Of a stretch of DNA of 64,000 nucleotides, positions 1 through 11,880 are shown piece by piece; position 1 is the first letter of the stretch; every line of letters begins with the position of its first letter. The stretch comes from Blasia pusilla. Taxonomy: Eukaryota. The DNA lies in the NCBI GenBank assembly GCA_050084515.1, contig CM114271.1, forward strand, positions 17,670,001 to 17,734,000. The letters are read 5' to 3'. The notes beneath the pieces were generated by a model that had not been told where the DNA came from, made no database searches, and saw only the letters and a program-made list of their open reading frames with translations. Position numbers and translations under genes: made by a program.

Positions 1-1686
1 CCACCCCAAGGAGAGACGCCACCGACTGACGACGGCTATACGTCAAATCAAGACAACACCACCGCTACTAAGTCCTCGTCCAATGTATATTATTTAGAAT
101 GTTATGAAATAGAAGAGGAGGCGGTACCCTCCAAGCCAAGGTCGACTCGAAAGGAAGAGAAGCTAGGTCATAGCACCTTCCAGTTTACAGAAAACATGGT
201 TCAGGAGCAGGACTACGTCCAGGTCAATATTGCAGATCAAAAGTCTCTCCGCCTTTTGGCGGATTTGTCTCCCACCACACTTATAAAATATAAAAGACTA
301 CTGTTTGAGTATTTGGATGTCTTTGCATACTCCATGGATGAAATGACAGGCATTCCCGCACAATATGGTGAACACCGAATTGATCTTAAAGAAGGGGCGG
401 TCCCGGTGCGAATGCGACAATATCGACTGAATCCGAAGTACTCATTGTTAGTCAAGGACGAGATCGATCAGCGTCTCGAGGCAGGAATAATCTATCCGGT
501 GTTAAGCAGCGAGTGGATGTCGCCCATCGTAATTGTACCTAAAAAACAAACGGGCAAAATCCGAGTGTGCCAGGACTATCGGAAATTAAATGCCGCCACC
601 TTAAAAGACCACCATCCTCTACCTTTCACCGGCGGTATTTTGGATAAAGTGGCCGGGCACGAGCGTTATACTTTCTTGGACAAATATTCGGGGTACAACC
701 AGGTATCCATACGAGAAAAGGATCGTCCCCTCACAACGTTCACAACGGACTAGGGAACTTTCGCATATCGCGTAATGCCTTTTGGGTTGTGCAATGCCCC
801 GGCTACTTTCCAACGGATGATGATCTCCATCTTGACAAGGAGAAAGAGTCTGATTCGCTTGATCTGAGAACCTCCATCTTCAAGGAGTTCGTGGAAGTTC
901 TTGGAAATCTTTTAGACGATTTTTGTATCTTGACGGAGGCCAAACATCTGGAAAAGTTAGAGTTAACACTCACGCTTGTCGCATGAAGTGCATTTGTCCT
1001 GCATCCGGACAAATCGTATATCGCTATGAAACAAGGAATTTCTTTGGGACGAGTGTCGGCGCAAGGAATTGAGGTCGACAAGGCCAAGGTGGATATTATC
1101 GTTGTATTGGAACCACCTACTAATCTCCGGGAATTGAGAGGATTCTTGGGACATGTCGGGTACTATCGACGGTTTATTAAAGATTACGGGGTAAAAGCGG
1201 GCGCTCTTACTGCATTACTTAAGAAGACCACCGAATGGGAGTGGACACCAACGTGCCAAGTGGCATTTGACACCTTAAAAGACGCATTGCAAAAAGCTCC
1301 TGTACTTCGGTCCCCCGATTGGACCAAACCCTTCCACATATATGTGGACACATCCTCATTTGGCATTGGAGTAGTGCTCAGCGAATTGGATGAGCACAAA
1401 CATGATTTTCCAATTTACTACGCCGGCCGACAACTATCGGCGGCAGTGCAGAAATATACAACTACCAAACGAGAGGCTTTAGCATGGTCTTCTCGTGTAA
1501 AAAGTTCCGGCACTATTTATTAGGGTACGAATTTGTCTTTCATGTGGATTATTTTGCACTCAAACCCTTGATGGTGAAAGCCGACCTGTCATGACGCATT
1601 GCACGGTGGATCTTGTTGCTACAAGAATTCACATTCGATGTGGTGACCCAGGCCAGCAAGGTGCATACCAATGCCGATTTTGTTTC
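1..1686 (+). mobile_element. Degenerate non-chromoviral Ty3/gypsy (Athila/Tat-like) pol fragment: RT + RNase H, truncated at both ends
   Basis: ORF 196-753 has gypsy RT motifs (SEWMSPIVIVPKK, RVCQDYRKLN, FLDKYSGYNQV). It continues past a stop as GTFAYRVMPFGLCNAPATFQRMM and LDDF. ORF 1026-1523 gives LRGFLGHVGYYRRFIKD and RNase H FHIYVDTSSFGIGVVL, and the fragment ends RWILLLQEF...HTNADFVS. Confidence 0.9.
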
Positions 1687-1734
1687 ACCCCTTTGGACAT
1701 CACCCCGATTGTGTGGTGTATCCCAGATGAGGGT

Positions 1735-2568
1735 ATTCGGGTGTTGGATCTCTTTGGAGGGATCCAAAGAGATCCAACCCCTCCATTTACCCCTCCGTTT
1801 TCCCGACTTGTTTTCTGTGCCCGCCATTAAGGGTTACCTCATTTCCCTACCGAGGGACATTTCATTATTTGGGGCGCGGGACTTCGAGCAGGTAGGGAGC
1901 ATAGACTTGGTCACTCCTGGTTGGTCATGATAGGGCCAGTCGGGTGCTCGACGGAGAAGCGGATTAAATGACTCTCGTTCCATGTTATTTTGGGAAATGA
2001 TGCAGATCTTGCGACACTTGCAAGAGCATCAGTCTTCTCCTCCAACATACATTTTGGAGAAGGTGCCGATTTTGGGCGATTTGGAGTCGCGTGTGGTGAC
2101 AAGTGCACATCAAGTGCGCGCCTGAATCGGCCCAGTAATTTTGTTGGATGGAGCGAGTGTGGGTTCACGAGCACATCGCCCGCGTCTTTGGTGGACCAAC
2201 TTGGGGCCACAGGAGGTATTGCGGAGGGCTTATGCGAGAGTAGAGCATCCCTCCGATTTTTTGGTGGATTCTATATTGCAATAAGGCACGATGATCGACC
2301 GCCATTGATTGTGCTCAACAGAATTGGCATGCAAGGGGCAGCCTTTCCCACATTGGTGAGTTTTCCCGCTTCCTATGCATTCAAGGAGGACGGACCTAGC
2401 TTGGTTTGGGATGACTAGGTGCAGAGGTTGGTGGAGCCCAACGCCAGTGACCAAGCGATGGGATTCCCCATAAGAATAACGGCAATACCGTCACTATCAG
2501 AGGTATCACGATGTCATGTCTTGGGTCAGGCGGTGGACCTGAACTGCTTGATATGGATTTTCAACTTA
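1735..2568 (+). pseudogene. DNMT3-like cytosine-5 methyltransferase domain (inactivated) of retroelement copy 1
   Basis: Motif I IRVLDLFGGI. The catalytic motif has decayed to GWS** (1919-1933, versus GWPCQG in the other copies). AHRPRLWWTNL is readable at ~2170-2203, and motifs IX/X as AMGFPIRIT...HVLGQAVDLNCL. Confidence 0.8.
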
Positions 2569-2865
2569 GGGGTAGTTGAACAGCGTCGTTTGAGGATGTT
2601 GTTGATCACAACAGTTGTGTTGGTGAGCCCCATGCCTACCGTGACGGTTGTGGCAGTGGCTGGGGGCGAGACACGAGCAGATCAACACACCATGGGTGAT
2701 CGAGATAGACAGCCTTGGACTTCTTGGGATGTTTTGCAGGTACGCGAGGAGATGGTAGCCACACCATTGAGCGTGGTTTCGAGTACTACTCATAGAGATC
2801 AGATTTTGCAGTTGGGTCCAGAGGAGCAATCGAGTTCTGCTATTCAAGATGGGGTTGCACCATAG

Positions 2866-4360
2866 CAACCACCTACACCCGCGCCAAAGAGTCCTACTGT
2901 AGTCACGATGGAGACTTGGGAGCTAGATATGGGCCCTAAGATGACTTGAAGAGAGCGGCGCCGGATATATCACTTCCTTAGGAGTTATAGGAGTTGTTTT
3001 GCATTTAGCATGCCGGATTTGAACACCCTGAAGGATCGAGGGATGTGCTTTGAGTTGTTGAGTGACATGCCGATCTTCCCACGACCCTACAGGTATAGTG
3101 ACATGGAGAGGGTTGTGATTCATATAAGGAGGCAGGACTTGGTTGGAGCAGGACTAGTGGAGATGTCGCATGGAGGGTATGCATTTGCCATTGTCATGCC
3201 CACCAAGAAGGATGTGCATGGCAATTGGACACATAGGCGGATGTGTGGAGATTATCGACCTATCAATCAACAGACAAAGTCGGATAGGTATGCCATGCCC
3301 ACGTCTTAGGAGATTTGTGATGCTATTGGGCATGCAAAGGTCTTTAGATCTTTAAGCCGGATACCATCTGCTGCCTATCAGATTGGAGGACATGCAGAAG
3401 ATGGCATTTTGGGGCATCAATCCTTATGGGAAGGATTGCTTGTACCAACGGCGGTTCTTACCATTTGGGATAAAGAACGCCTTGTCTGAGTTTCAGAGGG
3501 TGATGGATAGGATCTACGCAGGTCTCAATTTTGCTAAGTGTTATATTCATGACATCGTAGTCTTTAGTGCCACGGTTGAGGAGCATGAGCGACATCTATA
3601 AGAAATATTTCAATGATTGCAGTTACATGGGTTGAAGCTACATCCAAGCAAGTGCAAGTTCTTCTACGACCAGATTGAGTACTTGGGTCATACGATATAC
3701 CCAGGTGGCCTTGGAGTGCAGCAGATGAAGGTAGAGGTTATGTCACACATTCCACTCCCAACAGATGTGAGTCGAGTTCGTGTATCCATGGGATTGGCGA
3801 ACTTCTATCGATGATACGTCAAGGGTTTCACCTCAATTGCGAAGCCGCTAACCTTGATGACCAAGGTGGATCAAGAGTGGCATTGGGGGGATGAGCAGGA
3901 GAGAGCATTTCAGATGCTCAAGGACAGATTCACGTCCGCGCCCATATTGAGGAGACCGATCAGGGGGCGTCCTTTCCCATTGCATACTGATTGGAGCATG
4001 TTGGGGCTTGGAGCCGTGCTCACCGAGCATGACGATGATGGTAGAGAGATCATGGTGGCTTACGCTAGTCGCTCGAACAACGTTGCAGAGGCAAAGTATA
4101 GCTTGTATGAGGGTGAGTGCTTGGCTACAATGTAGGTTGTCGCACATTTCAAATGTTATCTATTCGGCAATCCCTTTACCATAATTAATGATCATCAGCC
4201 ACTTAAGTGGTTGATGGAGTCCGACAAGCTTATAGAGAATCTTGTGAGGTGGGCTCTTTTCTTGCAGGAGTATGACTTCCAAATGGTGCATAGACTTGGG
4301 ACACTCAACCAGGATGCAGATGGTTTGAGCCGTAACCCATGTCCGAGTCAGCGAGATGCG
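2866..4360 (+). pseudogene. Reverse transcriptase + RNase H of DNMT-gypsy copy 1 (stops and frameshifts)
   Basis: ORFs 3010-3309, 3383-3601, 3617-3814, 3854-4135 and 4211- give consecutive gypsy RT/RNase H motifs. Confidence 0.9.
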
Positions 4361-4679
4361 ACTGGAGCTCTTTGGCATGGTGAGAGTGATGAGGAGTTGG
4401 TGCCAAGGTGGCATGCGTCAACCTATTTGGGCTTGTTGGCTATGAAGAGCCACATTGCTGAGACTTCGATGGCGAGGTTTGATGGAGAGTTCTTAGATCC
4501 AGAGGTTGGCAAGGAGACGATAGGTGGTCGAGACATTCACGACGATGGAGTGGTCTTGGAGTACATGCTTACTGGCAACGTCGCGAGCATAGTGGATGCT
4601 ATAGAGTGGGATCGCATCCTACAACGAGCCATACGGTTCTGATGTGAGGGAACACATGTGTTACGAGTGTGGTAGGATG

Positions 4680-5545
4680 GTAAAGTGCGTATAGTGCCTC
4701 ATCCTTTGGAGAGAGCACGTTTGGTGCGTCATGCCCATGAGGAGTTGGGTCATTTTGGAGTGAAGCGGATATACAACTTGCTCTAGATTCAGTATTGGTG
4801 GCGAGGCATGCAAACTGATATTCACCAATTTGTTGCCTGATGTATGGTGTGTGATTGAGTCAGAGCATCGTTCAATGCTCTGACTCCACAATTACATCCA
4901 CTTCGGCTCATGGTTTAGGTTATAGATGGAGTTTGGATTTTGGAGGACTTTTGCCTTTGACGGAGCGCCATAGTCATTATGTATTGGTGATGGTGGAGCA
5001 CTTCTCGAAGTGGATAGAGTTGGTTGCATTGCCTCACAGAGCGAGTAAGGGAGAAGCGTATGCCTTCCTAGATCGAGTGGTGAGTCATTATGGTGCACCA
5101 GCTGAGGTATTGACAGACAAGGGTACAGAGTTCCGCGGGGAGTTTCAGGCCTTATGTGATCAGGCCCTGATCGACCACCGCACTACTTTACGAGATCATC
5201 TTGAGGCGGATGGACTAGCGGAGCGGGTTGTGTAGACCGTGAAGAGAGGACTATGCAAGTATGGCTTGCAGAGAGGTCACCTAAAAGATTAGGACCTTCA
5301 ATTTCCTTGGTTAGCAATGGGATACAAATTCAGCAGGTAGACATCTTTAGCGACTTTCTTAGCATACTTGTTGCTTTATGGCTGTGGGCAAGATTTACCT
5401 GCGGCCATTCATCGAGATGTTGGTGAGGTGTTGAACCTTGATGACCCTGATGTATGGATGAGAGCATGTTCTCAGAGGGCTGATTTGTTCCAGAGAGTGA
5501 TGCCCATGGCGTTTGAGAACTTGGCGATTGCGCAGCATTGGGATA
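4680..5545 (+). pseudogene. Integrase (HHCC zinc + rve DDE core) of DNMT-gypsy copy 1
   Basis: HAHEELGHFGVKRIY...YWWRGM...CMVCD, followed by ORF 4855-5235 WSLDFGG...VEHFSKWIELVAL...LTDKGTEFRGEF...ADGLAERVV. Confidence 0.9.
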
Positions 5546-5653
5546 CATGGTATGGTTTGTAAGAACCATGTGCGTAATTGTGGGTCGTATCACCTTCCGA
5601 ATATAGTCAGTACAATTGATCCAAGCTTAGCAGTAGTTCTTGCAGGCTTGCGA

Positions 5654-5778
5654 TGTTTGTTGTGTGGTTCTACCCACGGTGCAGCCACTATGCTAGTGTG
5701 TGATGGCATATGGCATGTTTGACGTCACCTCTCACTAGGGTTCCTTAGGGACGATGGATGTGTCACAGATGTACATAG
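5654..5778 (+). pseudogene. C-terminal PHD finger of retroelement Pol (copy 1)
   Basis: CLLCGSTHGAATMLVCD, then after a small frameshifting deletion WHMACLTSPLTRVP*GRWMCHRCT*. This fits the C4HC3 PHD pattern with its typical LxPPLxxVPxGxWxC ending. Confidence 0.85.
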
Positions 5779-6179
5779 CGGAGATAGTTCTATATTTAGA
5801 CTTATGTTTGTGACATGGATGACAAGAAGGCAACTAACGATGGGGCCACATGAGCAGCTGGCCTTGTTGCTCTAAGCGTCCGAGAGAAGTATATCATCGT
5901 AGGTAGGGATAGATGGCTATATGGAGTTAGAGAGACCTAACCACCAGCTAGAGGGGTGATTTGAGATATTTTGGTACTTCTTGTCTCGTTGTTTGGATGC
6001 CATGAGTTAGCATGGGATCGTACGTGTATATGTGTGTGTTCGGTGACAACGATGTATGTTGTGTAGCGATGTGTATGCCTACGACAATGATGACTAGCTC
6101 ATATAATGGGGTTTCTGTTAGACTAAAGAGGAATGTTAATCCTTTTTTACTAGTGGACATTGTATGGCACATACGACTA

Positions 6180-7340
6180 ATCTAGCTAGCCTTGCTGCAT
6201 CTAAAAGTCCTATATGCAAGGAAATGAGTAATAAGGTGGATCATGTTCTGAATTTAGTTGCTCTTTACTTTATTAGGACCTATAAATGAAAGTCTACATT
6301 AATGCCAATTGGGGTGGATCTTAATGATTCTCATAAGTGTATGAAGCAATATCATAAAATTAGGTGGCTTAGTAGGTGGCATAGTTTGTAGTCTGTCTTG
6401 GTGTACTTCCAAGGGGTTGATCCTAGTGATGATAATGGAGTGGCAACCTCGTTTTTTCAAAAGTTGAAATCATTTAAAATCATATATTGTCTTTACTTTC
6501 TGCCTAACATTCTTCATTCTATGGCCACACTCAACAAAATATGTTAGATGAATTTGTAGATATTACTAATATGGCTTCCATTGTAAGCACTAAGATCGCA
6601 CATGTTTAGATGAATTACATTCATGAGAGTTTATACATTAATGCCTAACTAGTATCCAAATGTAGTGGCTTCCATTTTATTCCAAATTATGGGCCACCGA
6701 AAGGGTAATTGAAATCTCTACATTTTGAAATTAGAGGATGTTTCTACCATTCCATCCAAATGGAGAGGGATATATCATGTAAGGATCTAGAGGAGGCAAC
6801 TTTCTTCCAGAGGAATTTTTCTTTGAGGCAATATATGTAGTATTGTGAGAGAGATTTGAGGACAATGGTTTGGTCAAAGCAAAGGAGATCCCCTTCATAT
6901 GCCATCCCATGTGGGTGGTTTGAAAGATTGGGGTGTGAAAGAAATGTAAACCTTAGCTATTTTTTATGGAGAAGAAAAGCCTTCACATGGAAGGTTTAAT
7001 AACTGCAACCATCAAGAATTAGTTCCACGTTTTCAAGATCCAAGCCACTACAGAATGGAAAAAGATAAGTCCTTAAAGGACTTATGGCCAATGATTTGTT
7101 GTAGTCCTTCTTTGAATACAAGGTATAGTAATTTTCTTGTATTAGCTAACATAACTAGAGTGCAATGTGTAAGTCCAGCTACCCGTGAAAGAGCTTTTAA
7201 TATTCTAAATGTGATTTAAACAAGGCTAAGGAATATTTTGGATGCCCTAATGAAAGTTAACATGGAAGGTCCTTTTGAAAGAAGTGAGTGTGATGTTGTT
7301 TTAATTGAAGCTATAGACGTATGGAAGTGTTCTAAGGAGT
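6180..7340 (+). mobile_element. Highly degraded hAT-superfamily transposase remnant (C-terminal dimerisation region recognisable)
   Basis: About 7140-7275 translates to LANITRVQCVSPATRERAFNILNVI*TRLRN...LDALMKVNMEGP, resembling the hAT C-terminal S..CERxFS...KTxLRN...LDALM motif. The upstream boundary is approximate. Confidence 0.55.
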
Positions 7341-8154
7341 TCGATACGTGTATGCGTGCTAACCCTAAGTTGCAACTATCTTCTTCTTTAGATCATATGA
7401 TCATGCCATCTGAAGGTATTAATCTATCATCCCAAAATATATCCTCAAATGATCTTGCCTCTTAAGCTCTTCTTTGAATCTTTATTACTCAAATGTTGAT
7501 TGCTACTCAATTTTCATTTTACAATCGTCAATTCTTTTTCTCGATTTTTACTATGATTAGCCTTTTCTATAAAGGTTGCCAATGCGTGCCTTTGTACAAG
7601 AGGTTGTTAGCACCTCTAGCCCCATAAAGGTGGGGTTTTCAAGCAAGAATCCTACTAGAGGTGCATAAAATAGATTTACTTAAAAAAATCAACTCACAAA
7701 CGGGGGCACACTGTGAAATATAAAGAAAAATTGATAAGAGAAAAACCAAAAAATAACTTGAGAACACCAATGAAGTTCATAAAAGAACATGCAAAATGAC
7801 CGAAAATAAGACGAGTGAAATGACCGATTCATTAGAAAGAATCCTTGATGATAACTAAGACCAATTAAAAACCTTACGGGATGGTCAAAAGGAATATCAG
7901 GAAAAACATAGAGGATGAAACGTCTTAGTGAAAAACTCATGGGTAAAAACAAAGTTGTCCAAGCCTTGGTGTGGACTTTAATGAAAGAGGTTAATATTTT
8001 TTTAAGAAAGAGTAATATCGCACGTCTCATGATGGACACTATGGTCTGCTTACATCCACTAAACCACAAGGTATGGTGGAGATGAGCCAGGGAAATCCAA
8101 ACCTAACTTCCCATTCCATAGCCTGAACTCAAACAACAACAATGACATGCTCCA

Positions 8155-8183
8155 ATCATCATCATCATCATCATCATCATCAT
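8155..8183. repeat. (ATC)n microsatellite, ~9-10 units
   Basis: atcatcatc... read directly. Confidence 0.95.
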
Positions 8184-8995
8184 ACCTTTATTTGCATCTA
8201 AAGTTAAGGTATTCATCCACGTCAAGTGTGAAATCTTCTACATTATGATTTGTTTTCCTCTTATCCTATATTATCCTAAGAAGGATATGGGAATAAGAAA
8301 AGGAAATAAGTTAAGTTTTTACTTTTTGCTTTCGTAGTAAATTTATTTTTTCATTTTTTAGTCTCTTAGAAAAAATTTCGTATAAAAATAATTCTCCATG
8401 GTATTATTTTCTCTTAAATTTCTTTTAATATTTCCAAAAAATATTCCCTAGTCTCCCTATTCAAATTTTTCCATTCTCCCATTTTGAGAATATCATTGGA
8501 TCATTAAGTTACCAATTTTCATTTCCATCCATAACACTAGGTGCATTGATAGATTTGTATTTATGTTATGATTTAAAAAAATAGATGTGAAAAATACATA
8601 CGTAGAAGCCTTTTTCAAATAAGGTACATTAAACCTATTCAACCGAAATCCTAAGAGCATCTCCAACGGTGAACAATAGACGCATAGGGAACAATAAATG
8701 AGGCTACTGTCGGGCTTGAAAAGGAATTTAATTCCCCACCAATGCTTGTGCCCGCCAAAATCTTATATCGATCGCGCCAAAATATGGCTAGTGCGCACTA
8801 TTTTCACGAGATATGTTGCACCGGCAAAGCTCACACACCAATTGCTCTTCGATCCACATTACTCACGTTGCCCATCGTCTCAATGAAGGTTCTTCCACGC
8901 GTCATCGAATCAAACACTCAATAAAGCGCACGTTGAAGCTTTTTTTTGCACTCTAGTTGTGTCACACCTACTTCACTCTTTGTTGATCACACACG

Positions 8996-10053
8996 ATGGC
9001 CAACGCAGCCCGACTGCATGCAGCAATGTCTCAACTCCAATTCCTACAATGGGACGTGGGAAGAATTTTTTGGCCCTGGAAGAGACACAATTGTGTTTAT
9101 CTTTTCTCCATATTTCGCAAGACCCGATTTTCGGTAGTGGGCAGAAGGTTGGGAAATTTTTGGCACAAATTGACTAGCACTTCAATGAACGGAGGCCTAT
9201 ATATGCAGATTATAGACCTTCCCGAAGCTTGGAATCAAAATGGAGTGCCATTAAGCATGACATGTCAAAATTTGTTGCTTCCCACCAAGCTGTGTTGGCG
9301 CTCCACAAATCAGGGATGAATGAGCAAGACCAGATCGAGAAGGCTCTCCAGCTTTACAAGCAATCACGTCCGAGGGGCCACTCTTTCAATTTTTTGGAAT
9401 CATGGAGAATTCTCAAAGATGTCCCAAAGTGGAACGAGCTTGGTGATCGGTCTATGAAGTTGAAACAAGCGGGAGTGAACATTGCAGCCAAGGAATTCTT
9501 GCAGACATCACGATTTCAACTCCGAATGGCGGAAATGAAGGCAACTCGTCCAAGAAGGCATCTACCCCTTCTGCAAAAATTGCATACGGCATGAAATTTC
9601 CCCCTAGGAAACAAGAGCGCAAAGGACCAGTTGAAGAAGGAAAAATTAGTAGATTTGACATTGAAGGAGCAAGTGAAGGCATCTCAATCCATGGCAGAAG
9701 CCTCTTTGATGAAAGCCACATTGAATTTATTTTCTATGGATTTTTCAAGTTTAGATGCAATGGGGAAGGAGTACCTACATCTTTGAAAGACTGCAGAGCT
9801 TGCCAGACTCAAGAGACAAATGTTGGCTGAAGAAGATATTGATAATGAGAATATACGTCCATCAATATCTCCAACATCTCATGATTTGAGAGTCTCACCT
9901 AAAGATGTAGAAATAGATGAAGTTGTTGTACCAAAAAGAGATAGTGGGAATGTTCCCCCAATAGACGTAGGCATGACATGGGAGAATGGGCTTGGAAAAT
10001 ATGTTGTGAACGATTGGGATAGAGATATTGAATTTTTTTCAGATGACAAATAG
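8996..10053 (+). pseudogene. PIF/Harbinger ORF1, Myb/SANT-like (NAM-associated) DNA-binding protein, frameshifted
   Basis: QDPIFGSGQK...FW...SLESKWSAIKHDMSKF...LYKQ...FNFLESWRILKDVPKW is typical of Harbinger ORF1. Confidence 0.8.
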
Positions 10054-10666
10054 AAGGCACAGGTAAGACAGCTCCTTAATTTTGCAAAGCGATAGGCAAG
10101 GAAGAGGATAGTGCATTTTTCTACTCTTGATTGTAATAGTTAATTTATGGATTTTATTATGTGCAAGCAAAGTTGGCGAGTCTTCTCAATAATTTTTTTG
10201 ACAGAAGTGACTCCAAATTACTTTCATCAAAGCACATGATAAAACGGAATCCTCCCCTTTTGATTTTTGGGCTACGATTGCTCCAAAAACTTTCATGTGA
10301 ACATTGAGAATCATTCAATTCATTCCTGTCTTGGGACTCAAAATTTCATGTGAATAGTGAGAATTGTGCAATTCTCACTAGTTGTGCATAGTACACCAAC
10401 TACAATCACATTCCCAAGGAATCGTAAAGTAGATGTGGGACCAGCCTTGCAAGTGAGACAAAATCAAGCATAATCACGCTTCAAATTGAATAGGGAGGGG
10501 CAGACTCAATCCACAATCAAAACACGGGCATAGCTCTGTTATTTAATTCACAGATTACAAGGCCTCTCCATGAAACTCTCAATCAATTTCTATCACCAAT
10601 TATACAAAAGTAAAGCACATTTATTGATAGTTGTAGTAGGCTACTCGTCGTCTCCTTCAAGCATAC

Positions 10667-11880
10667 CTCAGGGTGCCCATAGGTGCTCAATTAAGTCATT
10701 TCTCATACTATATTGGGCTTCCTTATCCATGATCTCCATCATGCCTTCCATCAAATGCTAAAGAGTTAACCCTTGATGAACTCTTGGTTCATGAATGGAA
10801 TGAAACAAAGGTTCTAAATTCATGTCTTTCTCGTCTTCAATGATCAGATTGTGCAATAAAAAAACAAGGCATGCAAATGTTCTTCACTTGCAGTGCATCC
10901 CACATCCTGCACAGATTTGAAATTATTGCAAATTTGGCTTGTAGCACTCCAAATGCCCTCTCCACGTCTTTTCTAGCACTCTCTTGCTTCTTTGCAAAAC
11001 ACTTCTCAGTTTGTGGCTCATGAATATTTTGAAAAAAGATGGAGTACCCTGGGTAAATGCCATCAATCAACAAATAGTACCTTGGGTAAGTAGTTGCATT
11101 GAAAATAAATGAAAGGTCGTCAATATCTTGGCTTAAGAAATTTTCAATGAGAGGACTACGATCCAACACAGTAATGTCGTTATTTGAACCAGGAATCCCA
11201 AAGTGTGCATGCCAAAAATTCAAGGATTGGTCACACACAACCTCGAGCATTATTGAGTTGTCTCCATCCTTATTGTTAAATTGACCCCGCCAGGCAACAT
11301 GACAATTTTTCCCAGTGTAGTGCATGCAATCCAATGAAACGAACATTCCTGGCCATCCTCTACGTTCATTGATTTCCATTTGTCTCTCAATGTCCTCCCG
11401 AGTTGGTTGCCGAAGATAGAAGGGTTCCTAAATTTCCCTAATGGCCATGCAAAATCGTTTCATAGATTCCATAGTTGTGGACTCCCCAATCTTGCAATAT
11501 TTGTTTGTTGCATCTACAACTATGCCATAAGCTAACATTCTTCTTGTTGTAGTCCATTTTTTAATGGGCGAAATGCCTAAACTCCCAGTTGCATCTCTCT
11601 TTTGAACAAAATACATGTCGTGTGAACAGACCTTGTTCATGATTTGCAAGAACAATGACCTCCTCATGCGGAACTGTCTTCTGAACAAAATGTCCCCATA
11701 AACTCGTGAATGTGGGTAGAAAAAGTCTCGAAAGATCCGCTCATGGCCTACCTCTCTTTGTCGGGTTCACATTTGCAACCTTGCCAAGTCGTGAACCACC
11801 ATGGTGAGCAGATCATGTCAACAAAGAAGCTAGTACCTGGGTTGTTTGCTGCATAAATTTGAATTCCATCTGGTCTTCAT
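10667..11880 (-). pseudogene. PIF/Harbinger DDE transposase (HARBI1-like), frameshifted
   Basis: FRRQFRMRRSLF...RMLAYG; RGWPGMFVSLDCMH; GSNNDITVLDRS; YLLIDGIYP; QESARKDVERAFGVLQAKFAII; C-terminal RNDLIEHLW. Confidence 0.95.

Larger units (their letters stand above)
1687..5778 (+). mobile_element. DNMT-carrying Ty3/gypsy retrotransposon, copy 1 (5'-truncated): C5-methyltransferase, RT, RNase H, integrase, PHD finger
   Basis: Collinear fragments: IRVLDLFGGI, RMCGDYRPINQQT, PFGIKNALSEFQRVMD, CYIHDIVV, LHTDWSMLGLGAVL, the HHCC zinc region (HEELGHFG...CMVCD), rve core (LDFGG...LTDKGTEF...DGLAER) and a terminal PHD. Homologous to copies 2 and 3. Confidence 0.9.

Noticed and set aside
5780-6180. 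Candidate PPT and 3' LTR of DNMT-gypsy copy 1
   Set aside because: No TGTCA-type start or similarity to the 5' ends of copies 2 and 3 was found.
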